A stretch of 64,000 nucleotides of DNA. Origin: Candidatus Poribacteria bacterium (GTDB taxonomy: Bacteria > Poribacteria > WGA-4E > WGA-3G). Below are positions 49,701-57,546 of this stretch, piece by piece. Both the position numbers and the translations under genes were made by a program. The stretch is taken from assembly GCA_965197475.1 (NCBI GenBank), contig CBDANF010000003.1, forward strand, positions 2,048,001 to 2,112,000, written 5' to 3'. The notes under the pieces were generated by a model, which was not told where the DNA came from, did not search any database, and saw nothing but the letters and a program-made list of their open reading frames with translations. Numbering within the stretch: position 1 is the first letter of the stretch; each line of letters opens with the position of its first letter.

Positions 49701-50380
49701 AGTGTTTCAACTTCAATGCGAGCGGTATCAGGTGGTAACACCACGCGGTCATCTATAGAAATTAACGCTGTATCCAATTCTATTTGTGCGATTTGGCTAA
49801 TGGTTGGATAACAATTTGGATGTAGTTCAACATTTCCGCCGCCATCTGCCTGATTTTGCGTCGTTAGAAAGCAGGTATAGAGGTTTGCCTCCGCAGAAAT
49901 TTCAAAGGCGTAATTAATCCAATTTTTGAGTTCTTGCCAAGTAGATGGTTCTAAAAGAGGCATATAGAGGTGTCGTGCCAAAAAACGAGAATCGGCAGGG
50001 ACCTGTGTGCTATACGACCATGTATCATCGCCTACTACAACAACAGCACCGCCGGTTGTACCTGCAAGATTGCAGATCGCGAGCGCATCAGACGCAACGT
50101 GCAAACCGACACTTTTCATGAATGCTATTGCGCGCATATCTGCCATTTGTGAACCATTCAACCGGGCAATGCTCAATGCCTCATTATTGGCTATTTGGGC
50201 TACGATGCCGTGTGATTTGAGGAGATCCGAATTACGCTGCAGAATATCAAATACCTCTGCAAGCGGTGACCCTGGATACCCTGTCATCAGGCTAACGCCG
50301 CTTTCTAAAGCACCTTTGACTAGCAACTCACAGCCAGTATAGACGTTTGTGCCGTTTGATTGTGTAAACCTTTCATCCAT
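46715..50380 (-). CDS. fused indolepyruvate:ferredoxin oxidoreductase family protein
   Basis: GYPGSP, FCPGCPH, GDIGC, GDSTFFH, ferredoxin Cys motifs, GVGGMG and C-terminal VRGY. Confidence 0.88.
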   Translation of the reverse strand: MDERFTQSNGTNVYTGCELLVKGALESGVSLMTGYPGSPLAEVFDILQRNSDLLKSHGIVAQIANNEALSIARLNGSQMADMRAIAFMKSVGLHVASDALAICNLAGTTGGAVVVVGDDTWSYSTQVPADSRFLARHLYMPLLEPSTWQELKNWINYAFEISAEANLYTCFLTTQNQADGGGNVELHPNCYPTISQIAQIELDTALISIDDRVVLPPDTARIEVETLQKRLPAALKTAKRLGLNEILYPTNSNNHSTSDQKQKKIGFLTAGFSYAYLEHALSELNLSGSIPILKLGMTHPIDPDILREFAQEIDELFVVEEKRPVLENEIKALLMQMYQAGNLDKLVKVWGKQFPEGLPGIPMEAGLDPSILIQRLIPLFSKNGKEGRFAKGVPVDMELLAKEAQLQQQIADFKADIPKRTPTFCPGCPHRDSSSVLLEITNQFMDTAYMQKHHDSSPVDLVFHGDIGCYSMLKYEPFPRLMHNLSAMTLGGGAGAGIDPFIVNKQVVFMGDSTFFHGGISAISDSIKNNQDIAYIILDNQTTAMTGHQPTPAGDVDILGNPTFAQDIEKVAQGLAGNSEITIVRVNPEDRLNYKKYLEKAILRPGVKIIIADKECAITFHRRLRREQQAIKEKNGFLKVEKHINITSEVCEFCLECTKSTGCPALKIVDTDYGNKIAIDRSNCVTDGACARIKWACPSFEEVIVTRKRPPRLQHVHQIEKPKEQDSSISNEWEESGLSDLLSQLGLNGGHPLPPPPPRTFDRAWSAYAAGVGGMGIGTISKILVVAGYIQGYDVHFCDRKGLAIRNGGVYTHVTYSNLGTKISPIIPYGKADLVLGLDILEAVRGITAGSVFRVASTERTAAVVNTAKTDTVTTLIGKDNFEIADLEETIKHCTNMYFGLNLFEISEKLFGAKLYANIMLLGVAFQKRLMPLELEPMKLALKQMVKRSDLQQNLNAFEVGRYLAANENADNILSQPMSDVLKQSYADTLEEKKRILAEKFRGKRLADSYVSLVEGIVKKVELDDPTHQSLALYICDLIQFENINYAQIYIEKIEQVYEKDFGDYRATKAAIKYLHKVMLIKDEVYVSHLLTSKEKLDRDKIRYNVDEKNGDKIRYLHLNRPHFNVMGIDIQHDIDTRNWMLHMMKHMKFLRHWLLQWHAKEREFREWYIREVIDTFAPSDEKNYDKHVEALECVEHVRGYRQIRYPKMEEAKQTVEKLLA

Positions 50381-50403
50381 ATTAAATGATCCTTTAAATG
50401 GCA

Positions 50404-52173
50404 TTATCCATTCAATAGTTCACGCGCATGGGCGAGACCAACTTCTGTCTCTTTTCCACCGTGCATACGTGCAATTTCCGTTACACGCTCGGATTCAGTC
50501 AACGGTTTGGCAGAAATCAAAGTTCGTTCACCTACAACCTCTTTCTCAACCAAGAAATGTCGATCAGCAAAACGGGCAATCTGTGGCAGATGTGTTATAC
50601 AGATAACTTGAGCAGACTCGGAAAGTTCCTTCAATTTCTTGCCAACAACATCTGCGATTTTACCGCCTATTCCGCTATCAATTTCATCAAAAAGTACGGT
50701 CGGAATACTATCAACCTGAACCAACACTGTTTTTAGGGCAAGCATGACACGGGATATCTCACCACCGGACGCAATTTTTGCCAGAGGACGCAACTCAGAA
50801 CCGACGTTAGGGGCAATCAAAAACTCAACTTTATCCATACCGTGCTCGCGAAAAGCATACCGTTTTCCATCAATTAAGAATAAACCGTTATCATCTCGGA
50901 AAGGCTCAACCGATGTCCGAAATTCTGCTTTTTCCATGCCTAATTCTTGGAGTTCCTTTTCAACTGACGCTGAAAGCCTTTCAGCAACTTTTTTGCGTTT
51001 ATCCGACAACGCAACACATAACTGCTGTGCCTCTTGTTTCATTTCACGAATTTGGTCTTTAAGAAAATCAATTTTTTCAGAACCGAGTTCTAAATCCTCC
51101 AATTTACGTTGTGCTTCGGCTTGGTAATTTAACATCTCTGAAATAGTGTTACCGTATCGTCTTTTGAATTTAGAAATAAGTTCTAATCGGTCCATTACTT
51201 CGGCAAGACGCATCGGATTGAACTCTACAGTGTCTGCGTACTGACGGATTTGTGATGCGATATCTTCAAGTTCGTATAACGAAGAATCTATTCGCTCGCT
51301 CAATTCAGAAAGATTAGCATCGATTTCAGACAATTTCGCAACGGATTTTACGGCATCCCTTAAATTTTGCAACACTGATACACCACTACCAGCATTTGTT
51401 CCTCCAAATATTCCCTGTTTATCACCATCAAGTTGGTCATATACATGATTTGCAGATTCATATAATTGTTCAGCGTTGCTGAGTATTCCTATCTCTGCTG
51501 TTAGTTCTTCCTCTTCACCTTCTTGAAGATCTGCTGATGCAAGTTCCTTAACCTCAAATTCAAGCAGTTCCTTTTCGCGTTCAGATGTTCTCAATGTATG
51601 TATGAGTGAATCCATCTCTCGTTGCAAATCAAGGAGATGGTGGTATTTTTCGCTAACTTGTTGCCGCTCTGTATCGGTTTCTCCGAAATCATCTAATAGT
51701 TCAAGATGTGTTTCAGTTCTAAACAATGATTGGTGTTCGTGTTGTCCATGAATATCAACCAGCACTGCGCCGAGTTCTTCAAGTTGTTTTAAATTTGCCA
51801 ACTCTCCGTTGATACGACAACGACTTCTGCCATTTGCACTTATTTGTCTGGAAAGAACCAAGGAACCGTCTGTTTCAGTAACTATTGGTACCGGCGATGA
51901 TGGCATAACACTGACTTCCACAGCCGCAAAGTCAGTGCCTTCCCGCACAATATCAGCAGATGTTCGTTCTCCTAAAACCAAGCCAATTGATTTGAGGATA
52001 ACTGATTTTCCTGCACCGGTCTCACCAGTAAAGATGTTCAATCCAGGTGAGAGCTCCAATTCCAATTCGTCTATCAGGGCAATATTGCGGATAGAGATCG
52101 CTTCTATCACGGGTTTTTCCTTGTTGTTTTCCTTACAAGTCCCTTCTGACAATGTTTTATTTGATTCTTTCAC
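50404..52173 (-). CDS. recN: DNA repair protein RecN
   Basis: TGETGAGKS, HGQHEHQ, ASGGEISR, FDEID and ITHLPQ motifs. Confidence 0.96.
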   Translation of the reverse strand: MKESNKTLSEGTCKENNKEKPVIEAISIRNIALIDELELELSPGLNIFTGETGAGKSVILKSIGLVLGERTSADIVREGTDFAAVEVSVMPSSPVPIVTETDGSLVLSRQISANGRSRCRINGELANLKQLEELGAVLVDIHGQHEHQSLFRTETHLELLDDFGETDTERQQVSEKYHHLLDLQREMDSLIHTLRTSEREKELLEFEVKELASADLQEGEEEELTAEIGILSNAEQLYESANHVYDQLDGDKQGIFGGTNAGSGVSVLQNLRDAVKSVAKLSEIDANLSELSERIDSSLYELEDIASQIRQYADTVEFNPMRLAEVMDRLELISKFKRRYGNTISEMLNYQAEAQRKLEDLELGSEKIDFLKDQIREMKQEAQQLCVALSDKRKKVAERLSASVEKELQELGMEKAEFRTSVEPFRDDNGLFLIDGKRYAFREHGMDKVEFLIAPNVGSELRPLAKIASGGEISRVMLALKTVLVQVDSIPTVLFDEIDSGIGGKIADVVGKKLKELSESAQVICITHLPQIARFADRHFLVEKEVVGERTLISAKPLTESERVTEIARMHGGKETEVGLAHARELLNG

Positions 52174-53020
52174 CTAACATCAACTTTTCGCGCAATGCTT
52201 TGTAGTAACTATGACTTCGGGACCTGATAAGCTGAATTGTTCGTTTTGCCTTACGCACCTTTATTTCCGCTTCTCTTGCGAGGGTGTGTGTTTCGCGCTG
52301 TCCATCAATAAACAGGTCTAAGCTATCATAAGCAGAGTGCATCTCTACCTTTATCTCTGCATCACCGTGTGCGATAAAGGGACGCACAGTAAGACTATGC
52401 GGTGCAATGGGTGTTAGTAGAATTGCCTCCAATTGAGGTGCGACAATTGATCCATTACACGCAAGCGAATATCCTGTTGAACCACTTGGTGTGGCAATTA
52501 TCAATCCATCTGCCCTATACGGAATAAATAGTTCTCCATCAACGTACGCATCCAACTCAATTAGTCGTGTATAGTGCCGGATTACAACATCGTTCAGCGC
52601 GAATGCATGGAATGGACGCGGACTCTGACTATTGACGAAAACTTCCAACATCATTCGATGCTCTATCCGATAATCACCTTTTAATGTTGCCTTTAAGGTC
52701 GGTTTAAGTTCATCAAGCGATGCATCTGTTAGAAAACCGAGATGTCCAATATTGATAGCGAGGATCGGCACGTTTTCAATCTGTGGTGTATGGGCTGCAC
52801 TTAGAAGAGTCCCATCGCCGCCGAGGACAAGTACTATATCCGCCTCTTCTACCATTTCCGCGGTAGCGATTCCTGTTAGTGGGAGCCCGAGTGCTTTTGC
52901 TTGTTCATCAGGCACTAACGGAACCACCCCATCTTTCTTTAATAACTCCGACACGTCTGCTACGATTTGGGGTGCTTTCTCCTTAGTAGTGTTGACAAAA
53001 AAACCGACCTTTTTCGTCAT
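52157..53020 (-). CDS. nadK: NAD kinase
   Basis: GGDGT, GHLGFL and ADGLIIATPSGSTGY motifs; upstream of recN. Confidence 0.95.
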   Translation of the reverse strand: MTKKVGFFVNTTKEKAPQIVADVSELLKKDGVVPLVPDEQAKALGLPLTGIATAEMVEEADIVLVLGGDGTLLSAAHTPQIENVPILAINIGHLGFLTDASLDELKPTLKATLKGDYRIEHRMMLEVFVNSQSPRPFHAFALNDVVIRHYTRLIELDAYVDGELFIPYRADGLIIATPSGSTGYSLACNGSIVAPQLEAILLTPIAPHSLTVRPFIAHGDAEIKVEMHSAYDSLDLFIDGQRETHTLAREAEIKVRKAKRTIQLIRSRSHSYYKALREKLMLGERIK

Positions 53021-54015
53021 CCCATCTCCTTTTCTAATCGGGAAAACCCAAAGATAATCACACATCCAACCAGAAAAACACACACTGTAATAAGCAAATT
53101 CATGTCAAGTTGTGGTAGCAGATGTGCCGTATCATAGCGTTTTTCCCCAACTATCACTGCATCGCGAAATGGCCATAAACCATACAAAGAACCCACCATT
53201 AAACCTATTAAAAAAGCGATTGTCAGATTGCGGTAGCGTTCCAGCAGAAAGTTTAGAAGCCTTGTAAATGCTAATACACCAAACAGACAACCGAGTGCAA
53301 AAAAAACGAGTATCAGTAGATTATCCAGAAATGACTGACTTATGTCTCCCTTCAATATAGTTGGGATACCGTCCATAAAATTACTAATCGTGGTTAAAAG
53401 CGGGAAATACACACCGAATGCAACTAATAGAAACGAACCACTGATACCGGGGAGAACCATTGCGGAAATAGCCAACGCGCCACATACAAAAAACATTGTG
53501 AGCGTTCCGACCGTGACTTCTAACCCAATATTTACCTCTGATGCGCTACCCGCAGCAGTTTTTTTGAATTCTTCCACAAAAACAATCAGTGAAATTGCTA
53601 CGAGCAAGATTAGCAGTTCTTTCCAACTGAATCCTTTTAGCATCCGCACTGGTATCAAAATAGATGTTAAGACCAAACCGCAAAAGAAGCCATAAGTCGT
53701 ATCATGCTGAGAATCCAAAAGATAAGCAATTAGTTTTGTCGATAGCAATACTGCGGCGACAGCACCAATTCCTAATATCGTTAGAAAACTGAAGTCAATA
53801 CGGCGGAGTTCATCTCGAAAATCCAAGAATGCTGTCTTTCTAAAGGTAAAAATGTTAAGCAGTCGCTTCACAGTCGCAAGTCCGATGTTGCGTAATGCTG
53901 TGATTAAGCGTTCATAAATTCCTAAAATAAGGGCGAGAGTGCCACCACTCATACCCGGAATAATGTTGGCGATGCCTATCAGAAAGCCGTTAACAAATAG
54001 ACGGAGTGCATTCAT
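53017..54015 (-). CDS. DUF368 family membrane protein
   Basis: IPGMSGGT and LPGISGS internal repeats, LWPF. Confidence 0.88.
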   Translation of the reverse strand: MNALRLFVNGFLIGIANIIPGMSGGTLALILGIYERLITALRNIGLATVKRLLNIFTFRKTAFLDFRDELRRIDFSFLTILGIGAVAAVLLSTKLIAYLLDSQHDTTYGFFCGLVLTSILIPVRMLKGFSWKELLILLVAISLIVFVEEFKKTAAGSASEVNIGLEVTVGTLTMFFVCGALAISAMVLPGISGSFLLVAFGVYFPLLTTISNFMDGIPTILKGDISQSFLDNLLILVFFALGCLFGVLAFTRLLNFLLERYRNLTIAFLIGLMVGSLYGLWPFRDAVIVGEKRYDTAHLLPQLDMNLLITVCVFLVGCVIIFGFSRLEKEMG

Positions 54016-54596
54016 ATTTTGGTGTGTTGAGATCAGTCAGTTTCTAATATTATAGCATCTGTCTCACTACAATTTCTCCGTTTCAGTAAGCAGTGTTCAT
54101 AGTTTCGTTTATGCTTTTTTAAAACACTGTCAGAAATTATACTACAAAACCCAAATTATGTCAACCGTTTATATTTATATAAAGGTATTCAGAAAATAAG
54201 ACGAATTTTAGAAACGATATGTTGATTGTACCAAAAGATATTCTTGATTGCCAATCGTTTTCAGTTTCGTATTAGTTATTATACAGACCAGATTCCTATC
54301 AGAATCGCTTTTCTTAGCATTAATTTATGTTTTCCGATAAGCTTTACCGCTAATACCACTCAATTATGGCTAAAATACGAGAATTGGCGTATTTGAAGGA
54401 TATTAGATTAACGTGAGTTCGTAATAATACCATTTCTGAAAATTTCAGAGTATTCAGGGTAAAGTGCAAAACATTTTGATGTGGTTTTCGGTTCAAGAAC
54501 CCGACATATTCTTAATAATTTGCCGAATATCACATATAACATATCATATAATAAGCCATAGTATAATTATAAGCATTCGTAACATATAGATATACT

Positions 54597-54713
54597 TAAT
54601 AATGAGACTCAATATCATATCCATTTAATAATACTGAGTCTCATTATCATATTTATTAAACGAGAATGAGACTCAATTACGATAAATCTAAATGATAATA
54701 AGTTTCATTCTCA
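54597..54713. promoter_or_regulatory. array of four Fur-box-like palindromes with a 32-bp period
   Basis: 21-mers centred at 54607, 54639, 54671 and 54703; consensus TGATAATGAG-N-CTCATTATCA. Confidence 0.7.
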
Positions 54714-55035
54714 TTTAGATAAAGTTACCAACGTTAAATCAAAATGCCATTTTCGTGACAACAATTCAAAATTTACTATAGTGTTAAAATTGGGTTTATT
54801 TTTCAAATTATCTGTTTTCTGCCGAATTTAAATTCTGTATATTGCCGTGGTTTCTCAGAAAAATACATATTAATCCTCACAAAACCTTATTAACGTCTAT
54901 CTTCAAAATCCCTCTGCGAATTTAGATGTTATGATTTCGAGATATTTAAAACAAATCTATTGACTTTCACACCTGATAATATGATACACTATGCAAAAAT
55001 TCTCATTCAATCCTGAACAGTAAAGGTAAACACTT

Positions 55036-55953
55036 ATGAACTTCCCAATCTTGTCCGAATCAAAACGTATTGAGATGTTGCAACCTCCACAGGGACGTGT
55101 GCGGATGGTACTTGACACAGACACATACAATGAAATTGACGATCAGTTTGCAGTCGTTCACGCGCTTCTCTCACCAGAACAACTCAACGTTGAAGCGATA
55201 TACGCTGCTCCTTTTCACAACAACCGTTCAGCGAATCCCGAAGATGGAATGGAAAAAAGTTATGACGAGATTTTGCGGCTTTTGGACTTTCTTGAAGTCA
55301 AATCTGATGGTTTTGTTTATCGCGGTTCAAAGGGATTTCTCTCTGATGGAGAAACACCTTTACCAAGCGAAGCAGCGACAGATATGGTTGAACGAGCAAT
55401 GGCAAATACAGACGAACCTCTCTATATTGTTGCTGTTGGTGCTATAACCAACGTTGCTTCTGCAATCTTACTTGAACCGAAAATTATCAAAAAGGCAGTC
55501 GTCGTATGGCTTGGTGGTAATCCGCTATATTGGTCTCATACCCGAGAGTTCAACCTTGCACAAGACATTCACGGAGCGCGAGTGGTCCTCAATAGTGGTG
55601 TGCCGTTTGTACATCTACCCGCACGCGGAGTTGTCTCGCACCTGTTAACAACAGTGTCAGAAATGGAGCGTTATGTCCAAGGACAGGGAAAAATTGGTGA
55701 CTACCTTGTTGAAATTTTCAAAGATTACCACAAAGACCACTTTGCTTGGTCAAAGGTTATATGGGATATATCTGCCACCTCTTATCTTGTGAATAACAGC
55801 TGGGTGCCAACAGAAATTGTGCATAGTCCTATTCTGACAGATGCTGTAACGTGGAGTTTTGATAACAGTCGGCACCTCATGCGTGTTGCGACGGGTGTGA
55901 ATCGGGATGCGATCTTCCGTGACCTATTCCAAAAGTTACAGCGGGCTAATTAA
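55036..55953 (+). CDS. inosine/uridine-preferring nucleoside hydrolase family protein
   Basis: DTDTYNEIDD, GAITNVA, EFNL and IWD motifs. Confidence 0.88.
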   Translation: MNFPILSESKRIEMLQPPQGRVRMVLDTDTYNEIDDQFAVVHALLSPEQLNVEAIYAAPFHNNRSANPEDGMEKSYDEILRLLDFLEVKSDGFVYRGSKGFLSDGETPLPSEAATDMVERAMANTDEPLYIVAVGAITNVASAILLEPKIIKKAVVVWLGGNPLYWSHTREFNLAQDIHGARVVLNSGVPFVHLPARGVVSHLLTTVSEMERYVQGQGKIGDYLVEIFKDYHKDHFAWSKVIWDISATSYLVNNSWVPTEIVHSPILTDAVTWSFDNSRHLMRVATGVNRDAIFRDLFQKLQRAN

Positions 55954-56290
55954 GATCAGTTTTTCTACAATAGACAGTTGGATTTCCCAAAATGTCTTAT
56001 AATCCTATAATTCCGAGAATCCAGTGAATCCTGGTTCAGACATAACCATAATTTCTCCAGAAACATTCAATTGTTGATATTTATTCCTATATGAATTATA
56101 GATACCAACCCATTTTCAACAATTGAATGCCTCTGATTCGTACACCTTTTTCTTGAAAAAAGATCTGTATTCTGTTAAAATCATAGAAATAAGTTAAACT
56201 TGTTTACAGATACATTCAAACGGTCTGAGAGTTCTTTATACCGTACTCCTACGATTCGTGTTCCTGCCTTTATTCACAACGGAGATAATC

Positions 56291-57175
56291 ATGGATACAC
56301 TGAACGATTTCAGAATCAAACAAAATAAATATATCCCCAACTTTCCTAAAGCAAATGGGAAACCGACCATTTACATAGAAGGCTATCCGTGTGAGGACGA
56401 TGAACCTATGGCCGCAACCGATTTTCACGCTGAGCAGATAACTACGTTCTCCGACCAACTCAAGCGATATTTCGCAATCAACGAACTAATCCACATTGGC
56501 GTTGACAGTTTTATCTATTATAGCGAAGGGGATATCACAAAAGTTGTCGCACCTGATATCTACATCGTTTTTGGTGTAGAAAAATATCCGCTACGTCGTA
56601 GTTTCTATACGTGGGCGGAAGGGACAGTACCTATAGCGGTTTTTGAGTTTCTCTCTGACTCAACTGCGCGTCTGGATCGGCAGAAAAAAGTAGACTTGTA
56701 TATGACAGAAATAGGAGTTCAAGAATACTTTATCCACCAACCTGAAATGGAGAAACCTGCGGAATTTCGTGGTTGGCAGCGAAGTACTTCTGGGAATTAT
56801 ACTGAGATTGTGCCTGATGCCGAAGGTGGATTGTTCAGTAATGCGTTAAATCTCTGGTTTCGATGGAAAGATGACCTAACGACACATGTGAGACTGTTGC
56901 GCCCGTCCCTTCCTGATGGCACGCCTATAACAACTTCTATGGAGGAAGAACAACTCCGGAAGCAAGAAAGACAACTGCGAGAGCAAGAACAAAACCTTCG
57001 TATCCAAGAACAACACCTACGAGAAGAAGCAGAAGCGATGGCAGCAGAAGAAGCAGAACGACGACAAGCAGCAGAGGCACTTGCTAAACAGGAAACTGAA
57101 CGGTGTCAGGAGTTAGAAACTGAGTTAGAACAACTTCGTACCCAAATCGCTAATAACGAAAATGGAACCTCTTGA
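56291..57175 (+). CDS. Uma2/DUF820 endonuclease with a C-terminal coiled coil
   Basis: VAPD, EFLSDST, GVQEYF motifs and an E/Q/R-rich tail; ATG 56291 follows GGAG. Confidence 0.85.
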   Translation: MDTLNDFRIKQNKYIPNFPKANGKPTIYIEGYPCEDDEPMAATDFHAEQITTFSDQLKRYFAINELIHIGVDSFIYYSEGDITKVVAPDIYIVFGVEKYPLRRSFYTWAEGTVPIAVFEFLSDSTARLDRQKKVDLYMTEIGVQEYFIHQPEMEKPAEFRGWQRSTSGNYTEIVPDAEGGLFSNALNLWFRWKDDLTTHVRLLRPSLPDGTPITTSMEEEQLRKQERQLREQEQNLRIQEQHLREEAEAMAAEEAERRQAAEALAKQETERCQELETELEQLRTQIANNENGTS

Positions 57176-57236
57176 CATATTCGAGACATAATAGCACACC
57201 CAGCGCGTTCCGTCAGTATTTGACACATCTGCACCG

Positions 57237-57521
57237 TTAAAGAGATTTTAAGCAATTTTGCCGTTCCTCCCAATCTGGTAAATACGCTGACATATACCCC
57301 TTAAACAACTGACCGTGATTCGGCACAAGTAGATGCACTAATTCATGCACAATCACAAATTCTGCCAACGTTTCTGGTAGATTAAGCAACTCTGTGTTGA
57401 GCGTCAATCTACCTTTGGTTGATATAGATGCCCATTTTCGTCGCATGGCGCGCAAATGCACCTCCCGCACCTCAACACCAATGCGGTCTGACCATTGCCA
57501 CACAACATCTTTCAAATCCAT
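57237..57521 (-). CDS. YgjP/DUF45-like zinc metalloprotease associated with type I R-M
   Basis: MRRKWAS and HELVHL...NH motifs. The start may be ATG 57550 with one A lost. Confidence 0.85.
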   Translation of the reverse strand: MDLKDVVWQWSDRIGVEVREVHLRAMRRKWASISTKGRLTLNTELLNLPETLAEFVIVHELVHLLVPNHGQLFKGYMSAYLPDWEERQNCLKSL

Positions 57522-57546
57522 CGGGTTATCCCATGCTTTTCGGTTT

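Noticed and set aside
54139-54166. Canonical XerCD dif-like site (ATACTACAAAA-CCCAAA-TTATGTCAACC)
   Set aside because: The XerD-like arm is only partial, the left arm is poor, it lies among repeat ends and more than 30 kb from the apparent skew switch. Not fully excluded.
54597-54713. CRISPR array reading of the 32-bp periodic repeats
   Set aside because: The units are degenerate, the linkers are only 11 bp, and there are no cas genes in the window.
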